DNA of 64,000 nucleotides from a candidate division WOR-3 bacterium. GTDB taxonomy: Bacteria; Hydrothermota; 32-111. Location: contig JBDRZU010000001.1 of assembly GCA_039804105.1 (NCBI GenBank), positions 416,001-480,000 of the forward strand. Reading direction: 5' to 3'. Each line of letters opens with the position of its first letter. Positions within the stretch are counted from its first letter, which is position 1. The notes beneath the pieces are model-generated. The model was not told where the DNA came from and did no database searches. It saw nothing but the letters and a program-made list of their open reading frames with translations. The translations under genes were made by a program, and so were the position numbers. Of the stretch, positions 54,814-64,000 are shown in pieces.

Positions 54814-56814
54814 ACATTAAGTAACCCATCAAGTCCAACAGAAGTAGGATATTATAACACACCAGGTAATTCATACGGTGTCTATTTATCAGGCAATCAT
54901 ATATATGTTTCTGATGGTCCAGTTGGAGTTTATATTTTACAATTTTTTGGAGATACAATAATTCCTTCATCATTTAACCTGATATCTCCAAAAGGTAACA
55001 TAAACGACAATACACCGACATATATATGGAATAAGTCGTATGATGAACATTTCAAGGAATACAGGTTATATGTGAATGGGAGTTTGAGTGTTACTATTAC
55101 AGATACAACATATACGGAGCCAACACCGATAGCAGATGGTCAGTACATATGGTATGTAACAGCTGTGGATAGTACTGATAACATAAGACAATCGAATCAA
55201 GTGGATACATTCAGATTGGATGTAACTAAGCCACCTGTACCAGTGATGGTGAGTCCTGCAAATAATAGTTCTACAAATATAACCAAGTTTGTATGGAAAA
55301 AGGTGATAGACAACTATAGTGGTATAAAGAGGTACGAGTTGATGTATGATGAAGATTCATTGTTTGGAAGCCCAGTGGTTCAAAATACAACGGATACAAC
55401 ATACACAGCGGTGTTGACAGATGGCAGATACTATTGGAGAGTAAGGGCGATAGATAATTTTGACAATGTAGGTGACTGGAGCACAAGGTGGAGTTTTGTG
55501 TATGATGAGACAGCTCCGGGTGGACCAGTGCTAATAAGTCCGAAGTGGGGGACAGAGGTAGAGGACTCGTTGATATTATTTGATTGGGGGGGTATTGGTA
55601 AAGGGTATAACTATAGGTAGTAAGGAAAGGGATGAGGAGAAAGTGAAGAAGGGAGTAAAAGGGACGAAGGTGTATTATGAGATAGAGGTGGATACTAATA
55701 GGAGTTTTGGAAGTGTATTGTATAGAGACACGGTGGAAGTAGATAGCGTGAGGATAAAGATAGTTAGAGATGACAAATATTACTGGAGAGTTAGGGGTTA
55801 TGATGAAGCTGGTAATGTTGGTGTTTGGGGGTAGATTCATTTGAGTTAGATATAAAGATACCAGTTATAAGCTTGAGCAAAAAGGTGTACGATTTTGGAG
55901 ATTTGGACACAAACAGGGTGTACATTTGGAGAGATTTATACATCAGGAATGTTGGAGATGGTGTATTAAAAGTAGATTCAGTGAAATATAGTAACACTAA
56001 ATTTTTTGCTGATACTACACATACATATCCACTTCTTATAAATCCAGGAGATAGTGTTAGGTATGGGACGAAGGCATTTTCAGTGGATACAGGTATGGTA
56101 GAGGGTAATTTGAGGGTGTATACGAACATATACAATGTAAAGGCAGACACGGTGTTGTTGAATGCACACTTTGGAAAGCCATTGAGGATAGATTCAGCAA
56201 AAGCATTTGATGGAAGCGTATATGGAGCTGGAATTGATGCTGATGATTATGTAGTGTTATATTTTAACCAACCGACGAATGGATTTAACATTACATTGTG
56301 GAACATAAACGATGTATTAAAATTATCAAATGGACATATATGGACAGATGGATTTGATCTTATTGATTCAGCATACTGGAATCCATTTAAAACAAAACTT
56401 ATAATAGAACTAAGTACAACGATAACACCACCAACGATAAGTGTAGGTGATACGATATATCCTGATTCAATGAGTATCATAGGTACATTGAATTCATTCA
56501 GATGTCATTATCCAGTTGTATTAAGAGGCACATTTGATATAACAGGGATAGAAGAGGAAGAACTAATTACTAAAAATCTGGATAAAAAGGTATCAGAGTT
56601 AAATGTGATGTTCAAAGAAGTTAGATATAGAGTCATTACAGATAATAATGAATTTTATATATACGATATCACAGGAAAAGTTATTTACAATGCAAAGCAT
56701 ATTCCTTTAGGCAATCATACATACAAGTTTGATCAACTTCCATCAGGTATATATTTTGTTAAACTAAAAGATGGAGATACTCAAATAAACAGAAAAGTTT
56801 TTGTGATAAAATAA
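54784..56814 (+). pseudogene. 5'-truncated, twice-frameshifted T9SS cargo gene (last LVIVD repeat, Ig/FN3-like repeats, ASH-like domain, CTD)
   Basis: Three consecutive ORFs (54784-55620, 55580-55834, 55825-56814) join into one protein via shifts at G7 (~55586-55592) and G5 (~55827-55831). No signal peptide. YYWRVRA/G motifs; CTD IYDITGK..PSGIYFVKL..RKVFVIK. Confidence 0.8.
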
Positions 56815-56859
56815 TATTGAATCAAATTCGCAAAACTTTAAAATATTTGTCAGCACAAT

Positions 56860-56887
56860 AAAAAGGGGTAAAAATTACCCCTTTTTT
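56860..56887. terminator. Intrinsic terminator, probably bidirectional
   Basis: AAAAAGGGGTAA-AAA-TTACCCCTTTTTT. Confidence 0.8.
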
Positions 56888-56954
56888 AGTTTCTTATACT
56901 TATTCCCAAAACTCTCAAACTCCACTATTGATGAGCATTTTTGAATGTTTATTC

Positions 56955-56991
56955 CCAAAAATGTCAAAAAGTCAAGCACCGTCCCCGAAGA
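56955..56991 (-). repeat. ~33-bp dispersed motif, copy C
   Basis: CCAAAAATGTCAAAAAGTCAAGCACCGTCCCCGAAGA; same orientation as copy B. Confidence 0.9.
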
Positions 56992-57017
56992 GGGTAACAC
57001 ACTAAAAGAAAGCAAAG

Positions 57018-57881
57018 TTAGTTTGTTTTTTCATTGATTTTTCTTTTGGAGTTAGTTTCATATTTACTTTTTGTTATTGGAGACTGAAAAAAATCATCAT
57101 TTAAAAATTTTAATAAATTTTCTAAGTTTTCCTTTTCAGAAGGAAAAATGATCTTTTTATTATCTTCATCGAACATGGTTTCGAGTTCAAAATTTTTTGC
57201 ATAATTTTTTGCATTATCAAAATTTTTTGTATTACTATAAATTTTGTCTATTATTTTATTGTTAATTATTAAATGTAGTTTTTTTCGCATTCTTGAATTT
57301 AAAATACTTATATCAAATGATTTATCTATTTGAATTTTATTATTTTTTTTAAAAAAATCATTAATTTCATCATCAGTCGCTTCTCTATAATAATTATTTA
57401 AGTTACTAAATATTTTTGATGCATTGTGATATGAAGGAAATGATAACTTTTTTCCCTCTTTTTGATAAAGAGCATCAATTTTAGAATCAATTATTAAACC
57501 TGCTTTTTCAAATTTGCAAAAGGTGTTTTTTGAGTATATTAAAAGCCACTTACTAGGTTCAATTATTTTTCTACTATCAAAACATTGATATGATATTTTA
57601 TCTTCATAATCAAAAAAAATAGTTTTAATATCTCTAATTTCATCTTTTTGCAAAATTTCTATGCTTGTAGGATTAAAATCCGTATAAGGGTTTTGAAAAT
57701 TTTCAATATATAAAACTTGGTTTTCTTCAGGTTTATATTCCACTGAAAATTCAATAAATTCTAATTTAAAAAACTTATCAATAAAATTTTCCATATAACT
57801 AGTTAGTCCCTCTTGCAATTTCTGTGTTATACTTATTTTTTTAATTTTATTATCTTTTTTTAGTATTGCATATATATTCAT
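57018..57881 (-). CDS. kwaB: Kiwa anti-phage protein KwaB (DUF4868-like)
   Basis: 287 aa; YKPEENQV..IENF, QCFDSRKII, GLIIDSK, FSNLNNYYREAT, LLKFLNDDFFQSPIT..YETNSKRK; directly follows a 4-TM partner. Confidence 0.75.
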   Translation of the reverse strand: MNIYAILKKDNKIKKISITQKLQEGLTSYMENFIDKFFKLEFIEFSVEYKPEENQVLYIENFQNPYTDFNPTSIEILQKDEIRDIKTIFFDYEDKISYQCFDSRKIIEPSKWLLIYSKNTFCKFEKAGLIIDSKIDALYQKEGKKLSFPSYHNASKIFSNLNNYYREATDDEINDFFKKNNKIQIDKSFDISILNSRMRKKLHLIINNKIIDKIYSNTKNFDNAKNYAKNFELETMFDEDNKKIIFPSEKENLENLLKFLNDDFFQSPITKSKYETNSKRKINEKTN

Positions 57882-57884
57882 ACT

Positions 57885-58388
57885 TTACTCCTTTTCTAAT
57901 AAAATGTAATTAGTTAATTGAACTACATTCTTTATTTGTTTGCTGTTTATAAGCATTTTTCTTGTAATCAAAATAAAAGTAGACCCTTCTACTAATTTTA
58001 TCTCGTATTGATGGTAACCCAATAAACTCAACAATGGATTAAAATGATATATATTTATGGTAAGAACGATAATGAAAAATAATACTAATAAAAACAATAC
58101 CATATGAATTTCTATTCCCAGCAAAGGTATAAGATAAGTAAAAATAAAAATAACACTTTCATTATCAGCAATAGATATTTCTTTTATAGATACAGGGATT
58201 ATTTCTAATTTTATCTTTGCAAGGTCTATGATAAGTTTTAAAATGAATAATAAAATAATTGCCAATATAAAATATAAGATCCCTTCCCTAAAATTCCAAG
58301 ATTTACTAAATGATTTAAACCAAAGGGTTAGTAAAACAGGTGAAAGTGATGTGGTAACTAGAATTACATGAATAAATTTACTAAACAT
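57885..58388 (-). CDS. kwaA: Kiwa anti-phage membrane protein KwaA
   Basis: LVTTSLSPVLL, FTYLIPLL, HFNPLLSLLGYHQYEI, FILITRK; multiple TMs; AAGGAGG SD. Confidence 0.75.
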   Translation of the reverse strand: MFSKFIHVILVTTSLSPVLLTLWFKSFSKSWNFREGILYFILAIILLFILKLIIDLAKIKLEIIPVSIKEISIADNESVIFIFTYLIPLLGIEIHMVLFLLVLFFIIVLTINIYHFNPLLSLLGYHQYEIKLVEGSTFILITRKMLINSKQIKNVVQLTNYILLEKE

Positions 58389-58412
58389 AATTTATCCTCC
58401 TTTTTATTCTTT

Positions 58413-61400
58413 TTACATATACATCCCTCCCACCATCTCATCCAATTCTTTCTGAATTTCATTTAACTTTATTTCTGCTTCTTCTTCAGTTATTTTACCT
58501 TCAAATTTTTGTCTTTGGGTTGTATATGCCTGGTTAAATATGTCTTCAAATTGTTTTAATTGATCAGATGTTGGAATGATGATGGGAAGTTGACGAATAT
58601 CGTTGATTTGTAAATTAACACTTTGGTTGATAAATGTTTTAAGAAAATCAAAAAGAAATCTAGAATTTAATAAACACACAAAATATTTGGCTGATATAAA
58701 ATTTAAAGTAGAATATAAAGACATAGAGCCCACATCATTAATAGTTTTTTCTTTTATCCTGCATTTTATAAACATACTTTTTTTTCGAATAGGAGTTGAT
58801 ACATTAGTCCAGCAAAACCCTTCCCTGAAATAGAATTGATAACCTTGCCATCTTGCTTTTGGATTAGATTGTAATATTTTTACATTCTCTTTGCTCCAAT
58901 CAATATAATATGGTGTTGGGGCATACCAGCGGTTGCCATCTTTGTCGCCTTTGTCATAAGGAACAAAGGTTTTTTCTCCGTTAATTCCATTAAGTTTTTC
59001 GTCTTCGGTAAGTTTATTTACATCGGCAATTTCATCTTTACTCACAATTCTATAAAGCCAGCCTTGCCCAAATTTATCTCTGCCATATTTTTCTTTTAAG
59101 TCATCAAATAGCATTCGGATTTCTTTTTCTGAAAGGGTATTTAAAAATGCTTGTGCATCTTGTTTGTTTTTAATGTTTTGTTTTTTACAAAACTCTTTGG
59201 CTAAAAGTAATTTTTCGGGTCTTTGTTTGCGCACATTTTCTGCCCATTTGGTTCCTTCTAATACCGCAACATATTTGCCATTGTTTGCAGTTGCTAAGCC
59301 CTGCCCTCCTTCCGTAATCAGTCCAAGCAAAGTAATATCACCCGGTTTTAAATTCTTGCGATATTGTTCCAGCGTGTGTTTATTTTTTTCTATATTTTTG
59401 CTTGTAGAGATTAGATCCCACCATTGATTTAATAATTCATTGACGGCTTTCACAAGGTGTTTATAAATTTTTATATTTTGGGGAGTGGGAATAAAAAATA
59501 CTTGATTAGGGGCAGTGACAAATACTTTTTGCAAAACTGTATATCTTTCTGGCTCAGAAATGCTTCTTTTTCCATCTAAAAAGGTAATCTGATGTTTTTC
59601 CTCTGCTTTTTGTTTTTGCACAATGGCAACACAAGTATCTACCATTCCTGATTCAAAAGGATTAGCAGTATCGAATAATTGAATTATTTTGTTTTTTAAT
59701 AATAAATCTCGTAAATTCTTTTTTGTTTGAATAGTCCAAAAAGTTTTGGAAGAAATATAGGCAAGGATTCCATTTTTTTTAAGTATTTCCATTCCTTTAA
59801 AATAGAAATGATTATAAGTGTCATCTGCAAATCCAAAATGTTGTTCAAGTTGTTTTTTTTGTTCTGATGTCACTCCTTTAGTAGAAATATACGGTGGATT
59901 ACCAATTACTATATCAAATCCACCTTTTTTATGAAACACTTCTGAAAAGTGTATATGGAAATCAAATTTTACTTTATTTATTGATGATTTTACTGTTTTG
60001 TAAACTGATAAAAATTCTAATTGTTTACTAAATAAATCTTCTATTTCATTTTTGATTCTAATTTTATCCACTGGCGAAGTAGTTGAAAAAAGGATGCGCT
60101 TCTTTTCTTCAATTATACTGCTTATCTTATCATCTGGTAGTAGTTTCTCTGGGATCCCTAACAACGAATCCCCACAGACAACCTTATAATCAAGGTTTGG
60201 TAGTGGTTTTATATTATAAAAATCCTCTTCATCGACAATCAATGACAGCCAAAATCTTAATTTACAGATTTCAACTGCTCCCGGATCAATATCAACTCCA
60301 TAAATAGAATTTTCTATACAATTCCTTTTTAAATCATAAGATTTTGTATCTTCTTCAGTGTATATAGAAAGTAGTTGTCTTAATCTTACGATTTCGTGCA
60401 TCATACCTATAGGAAAGGCTCCAGAACCAACTGCAGGATCGCATATTTTTATATCAGCAAGAAGTTTATCTATTTTTTTTGCATTTTGTTTTATACTTTC
60501 TGGTATTTCACTTTCATATTTTGTTGATTTTTGTTCCCCTCGTTCAATTTTTTCTGCTTTTTCAATTGCCACTTTTTCTATTTCCTGAGAATCTGCATAC
60601 TTAAAAAATTTTCCCAAATCATCTCTTGAGACTTTACCATTTAACTCTGTCTCAAGATAATTTATCAAACTCTCCTGACACATATAATGGACAATTTCTC
60701 TTGGGGTGTAATAGACTCCATATTCTTTGTTAAACTTGGCTTCTTCTCCTTTTTTACCTGAATTTAGAACCTTTAAAAACTCGTCAAAATTTTCACTTCT
60801 GATAGCATTAAGTTTTTCATAGATTTTACCAAGTAGTTCCGGATCAAGAGCTACTTCTTTTTCAAAAGGTTCTTCCTCATTTACTGTAAAATTATATCTA
60901 TCAAAAACATCAAGAATACCATCCCCAATATCACCTTCTTGGGTATAATTTGTATTAGAAAAAAGTTCATTAGGTAAGTTAATATCAACCTTTACCCAAT
61001 CAAAATTGTTTATAGGATCAAACAATCCACCATTCAAGAATGGTATTTTACAGTTAAATCTGCTATAATAATGACCATCAGCGCTTCTATCAGTTCTTAA
61101 TGCTTCATAAAAAAGTGGTTCAAAAATATCATTATAGAAGTTTTGATATTCCCCATATTCTTTATTAAATAACATTCTCATAAAATCTTTTGGACCGGTT
61201 CCCCAAGAATTTCTTTTTTCAACTCCAAACCAACCTTTCTTTTGCAAAAAATATAGAAATACAATCTGCCCGAGAAGTTTTTTTGCAAAATCAACTGTAT
61301 TTATGTTTTTACTTTCAAATTCTGTTTTTACTATCGAATTTTTATGTAGAATTTTATCAAGTTCAATTTTCGTTTTTATGAAAAGATCTCTATATTTTTC

Positions 61401-62000
61401 AAAAAATTCCTTTGTAACAATCTCAACATTAAACGCTTCTTCTAAATCTTCAAGTGTTGGCTTCCAATTATCATTTTCAAGTAGTTGGATAAATCTGCTT
61501 TGGGCAGTGTGGCAATTTTCATTTTTCCCAACCAAAAATGACCATCTTTTAGCAGGAGTAAATTCTTCTCTTACCTTTACCTTCCCTTTGGGAGTTTCCT
61601 CAAAAGTGTATTCCATTTTCACAAGTGAAAAACGCCAATCCTCTGAATCAGGGGAGACAAATGCAACAAGAGCAGCATCTTTCAATTTCCCGCCTCTTGA
61701 AACTTTTAAATACCAAGCAATAAAGTTTCTCTGCATTGCCCTTGCTCTTTCAAGTGAGGTTTCTTTTTTCAATTTAACAACAAGTAAATCAATCTCTTTA
61801 TCATCATAAGTATATTTCCCTATTCTTTCTAAATTTTCTATATATCCTTTAAAAGGATCAGGTATATAATTACCCTGATAAGTAAAAGTTTTTTCTTCAT
61901 ACTTTTTCAAAAGGTTTTTAAGAAAACGAATAAATTTTTCTTTATCGAACGAGTTTTCAAAAGTCTCTACTATTAATCTTTTTGCCTGATTTTTATCCAT
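58413..62000 (-). CDS. Type IIG/Eco57I-like N6-adenine DNA methyltransferase with target-recognition domain
   Basis: [24 protein letters not shown], motif [17 protein letters not shown], motif [12 protein letters not shown]. Confidence 0.9.
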   Translation of the reverse strand: MDKNQAKRLIVETFENSFDKEKFIRFLKNLLKKYEEKTFTYQGNYIPDPFKGYIENLERIGKYTYDDKEIDLLVVKLKKETSLERARAMQRNFIAWYLKVSRGGKLKDAALVAFVSPDSEDWRFSLVKMEYTFEETPKGKVKVREEFTPAKRWSFLVGKNENCHTAQSRFIQLLENDNWKPTLEDLEEAFNVEIVTKEFFEKYRDLFIKTKIELDKILHKNSIVKTEFESKNINTVDFAKKLLGQIVFLYFLQKKGWFGVEKRNSWGTGPKDFMRMLFNKEYGEYQNFYNDIFEPLFYEALRTDRSADGHYYSRFNCKIPFLNGGLFDPINNFDWVKVDINLPNELFSNTNYTQEGDIGDGILDVFDRYNFTVNEEEPFEKEVALDPELLGKIYEKLNAIRSENFDEFLKVLNSGKKGEEAKFNKEYGVYYTPREIVHYMCQESLINYLETELNGKVSRDDLGKFFKYADSQEIEKVAIEKAEKIERGEQKSTKYESEIPESIKQNAKKIDKLLADIKICDPAVGSGAFPIGMMHEIVRLRQLLSIYTEEDTKSYDLKRNCIENSIYGVDIDPGAVEICKLRFWLSLIVDEEDFYNIKPLPNLDYKVVCGDSLLGIPEKLLPDDKISSIIEEKKRILFSTTSPVDKIRIKNEIEDLFSKQLEFLSVYKTVKSSINKVKFDFHIHFSEVFHKKGGFDIVIGNPPYISTKGVTSEQKKQLEQHFGFADDTYNHFYFKGMEILKKNGILAYISSKTFWTIQTKKNLRDLLLKNKIIQLFDTANPFESGMVDTCVAIVQKQKAEEKHQITFLDGKRSISEPERYTVLQKVFVTAPNQVFFIPTPQNIKIYKHLVKAVNELLNQWWDLISTSKNIEKNKHTLEQYRKNLKPGDITLLGLITEGGQGLATANNGKYVAVLEGTKWAENVRKQRPEKLLLAKEFCKKQNIKNKQDAQAFLNTLSEKEIRMLFDDLKEKYGRDKFGQGWLYRIVSKDEIADVNKLTEDEKLNGINGEKTFVPYDKGDKDGNRWYAPTPYYIDWSKENVKILQSNPKARWQGYQFYFREGFCWTNVSTPIRKKSMFIKCRIKEKTINDVGSMSLYSTLNFISAKYFVCLLNSRFLFDFLKTFINQSVNLQINDIRQLPIIIPTSDQLKQFEDIFNQAYTTQRQKFEGKITEEEAEIKLNEIQKELDEMVGGMYM

Positions 62001-64000
62001 TACTTTCTCCTGATAAATAAAGTGATAAAATAATTTTTCTTTTTTCCTTTTTATTATCTTTATTCAACGAATTTTCCTTATTTAATAATCGAGAAGGAAT
62101 TGTGTTTTTCAAAACTTGTAATACTTTCAATGGATTATTGATTTCTTTTCCAAGTTTTTCTAAATTTTTTAATACATTTTTAATTGTTTTTTTTGGTAAA
62201 CTACCTTTATCGAGAGTGAGAATAACTTCTTTTAAATAATCCTCTTGTTCTTCTGTAAGTTGCCTATTATTTTTTTGAGTAGCTTTTAAAATTTTTATCA
62301 ATTTTTCTGAATTATCACTACCACTTTTTCTTTCCACTACTTCTTCTAAAGTTGATTTTATAAAAGATTCATCGTTTTTCATCAACATTTCATAAAAGTT
62401 TTCAAGTGGTATTTTTTTTCTTTTTTCTTCAGGTGAACTTTCAAGAATTTTTGCAGCACTCGTAAAATCAAGTTCAGTAGTTTTATTTTTGTCTGAGAAG
62501 AAAAATTTCATCAAATTTCCTTTTTTGAAAAATGTGATCAATGAATCGGGGCTTTCCAAATAAATTTTTGAAGATCGTGCTTGTATTGGAAGTTCTTTTA
62601 TTCTCTCAAAAATTTCTGGTTTTTCATCCCTTATATTTTCAATAATCCTAAAATATTTTAATTCACTTTCATCTTCTTCATCCTCTTTTTCAAAAATTTC
62701 TTGAGAAAGGAGTTTATCAAACAATTCATGTGAGGTAACGGTTTCACTTTCAGTTAGAATTGCTGAATCTCCCCCAAGTAATGTTAAAAACGCTTCAATC
62801 TTTGAACGAGCAATATTTGTTAATTCAATTTCAGTATCAGCCTGTTTGGTAGGGAAAAAATTAAAAATATAAATTTTATCAAATTTCGTATCTATACGAT
62901 TCACTCTACCAACTCTTTGAATAAGTTTTGTTGGATTCCAAGGAATATCATAGTTGATAACAACATTTGAACGATGTAAATTGACACCTTCTGAAAGAAC
63001 CTCTGTTGAAACAAGTATTCTGTAATCATCTTTTTGGTCTTTTGCTCTTGCATCAAAATTTTCAATCACTTTAAATCTTATATTTTCTTTTGATTGACCA
63101 TGAAACAATAATGCTGTTTCACCAAATTCATTGTTGATTTTTTCAGTTAAATATTCGGCTGTTTCTTTTGATTCAGTAAAAATTATTAATTTGTTTTTTT
63201 TCAATAGAGGTTCATTTTTTATTTGTTTTAAAAAGGTATCAATTTTGGGATCTCTGTTTATACCAGCCCACATCTGTTTAATTTCCTGAAGAATTTTTAG
63301 ATCATTTTCAAGTTTTTTTAGAAAACCATCTTTAAAATCTTCAGATTTATATCTTTCTGCCTTACCTTCATCTATTAACTTTTGAATTTGTTCATCATCC
63401 CCCTCTTCAAAAAGTTCCATTATTTTATTGCTATATTTTTTACTAACATAAACATATCCATTTTTAAATGATTTTATAAATAATTCATAAGAATTTATGA
63501 ATCTATCAATACTCTTTTTAAAAGCAAAGAAACTACTTTCAAGCCTTTTTACAAGTAAAATTTTCATAAAATTCCCCATATTGATCTGGGATTGTTGCTC
63601 AATCGAAGGAAGGGATTCTTTCAAATCAAGTAAAGGTTGATAACGAGTATAGTTCAACCTTTTTGTAATCAGTTCAACAGTATTCATAAATATTTTATCT
63701 TCTTCATCATTTAATTGATAAAACACTGGTCTTGGCTTTTCAACTGTTGGAAATTTTACATTGTTTTTTAATAAATCATCTGCAAAATATTTCTCGATTT
63801 CAATTCTTGTTCTTCTCACCATTATATATTTTAAAACTTTTTCTCTGATTTCTTTAGAAACCTCTTTAACCTTTTTTAAATATAATTCATTGTTTTTATT
63901 TCTTAGTTTTTTCAATTCATTTTCCTTTTTTCTGAAGAAAGATTCAAGATTTGGAAGACCTGGGATATTACTTTTTCTCGCTGGCTGAAAAAGTTTTATT
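61993..64000 (-). CDS. SNF2-like/superfamily 2 helicase, C-terminal part (start lies beyond the right edge)
   Basis: Frame is open to the window end ([22 protein letters not shown]..). [53 protein letters not shown]. Confidence 0.9.
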   Translation of the reverse strand, partial: IKLFQPARKSNIPGLPNLESFFRKKENELKKLRNKNNELYLKKVKEVSKEIREKVLKYIMVRRTRIEIEKYFADDLLKNNVKFPTVEKPRPVFYQLNDEEDKIFMNTVELITKRLNYTRYQPLLDLKESLPSIEQQSQINMGNFMKILLVKRLESSFFAFKKSIDRFINSYELFIKSFKNGYVYVSKKYSNKIMELFEEGDDEQIQKLIDEGKAERYKSEDFKDGFLKKLENDLKILQEIKQMWAGINRDPKIDTFLKQIKNEPLLKKNKLIIFTESKETAEYLTEKINNEFGETALLFHGQSKENIRFKVIENFDARAKDQKDDYRILVSTEVLSEGVNLHRSNVVINYDIPWNPTKLIQRVGRVNRIDTKFDKIYIFNFFPTKQADTEIELTNIARSKIEAFLTLLGGDSAILTESETVTSHELFDKLLSQEIFEKEDEEDESELKYFRIIENIRDEKPEIFERIKELPIQARSSKIYLESPDSLITFFKKGNLMKFFFSDKNKTTELDFTSAAKILESSPEEKRKKIPLENFYEMLMKNDESFIKSTLEEVVERKSGSDNSEKLIKILKATQKNNRQLTEEQEDYLKEVILTLDKGSLPKKTIKNVLKNLEKLGKEINNPLKVLQVLKNTIPSRLLNKENSLNKDNKKEKRKIILSLYLSGESNG

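Noticed and set aside
54488..54973. Short ORFs across the REP cluster and motif B (54488-54754, 54527-54763, 54776-54973)
   Set aside because: They span palindromic repeats or lie antisense to real genes, and have no SD or protein-like features.
56900..56960. 12-bp direct repeat TTATTCCCAAAA (56900-56911 and 56949-56960) beside motif C as a target-site duplication
   Set aside because: It encloses only 37 bp and has no counterpart at motif B, so it cannot be interpreted from this window alone.
7999..56991. 33-bp motif as a CRISPR repeat
   Set aside because: Only three copies, kilobases apart, with no regular spacers and no cas genes.
54778..56991. Segment between motifs B and C as an IS or composite transposon
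   Set aside because: The ends are direct rather than inverted repeats, and no transposase is encoded.

Overview
Very AT-rich, gene-dense bacterial chromosome segment. By inference it comes from a diderm FCB-type lineage such as WOR-3/TA06, because it has a PorV-like gene and several proteins with T9SS-type C-terminal sorting domains. Left end: porV-like, truB, ribF, rpsO and pnp operon plus rpmB. Middle: transporters, secreted proteins (LVIVD-repeat protein, serpin, C25 peptidase, WG-repeat paralogues beside tRNA-Asn), a uvsE cluster, a GGDEF protein, cobB and an ECF sigma/anti-sigma/Spy-like locus. Right end: a GTAG-REP cluster, a 5'-truncated and doubly frameshifted T9SS cargo gene bracketed by a ~33-bp repeat motif (third copy at ~8.0 kb), then a defence island (Kiwa kwaAB, type IIG-like methyltransferase, SNF2-like helicase). 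Best novel-system candidate: a tandem class III cyclase plus STAND ATPase (soluble-adenylyl-cyclase-like) split from its TPR array. Three separate TPR genes in the window start with the same gapless 30-residue motif at that split point, suggesting interchangeable sensor subunits. Also notable are the repeat motif at DNA junctions, recurrent 16-bp-spacer promoters with leaderless genes, and a Pro-rich triple-repeat secreted protein behind a sigma54-like promoter. No CRISPR array, rRNA, transposase or integrase was seen. All product calls are by eye from motifs, with no database searches.
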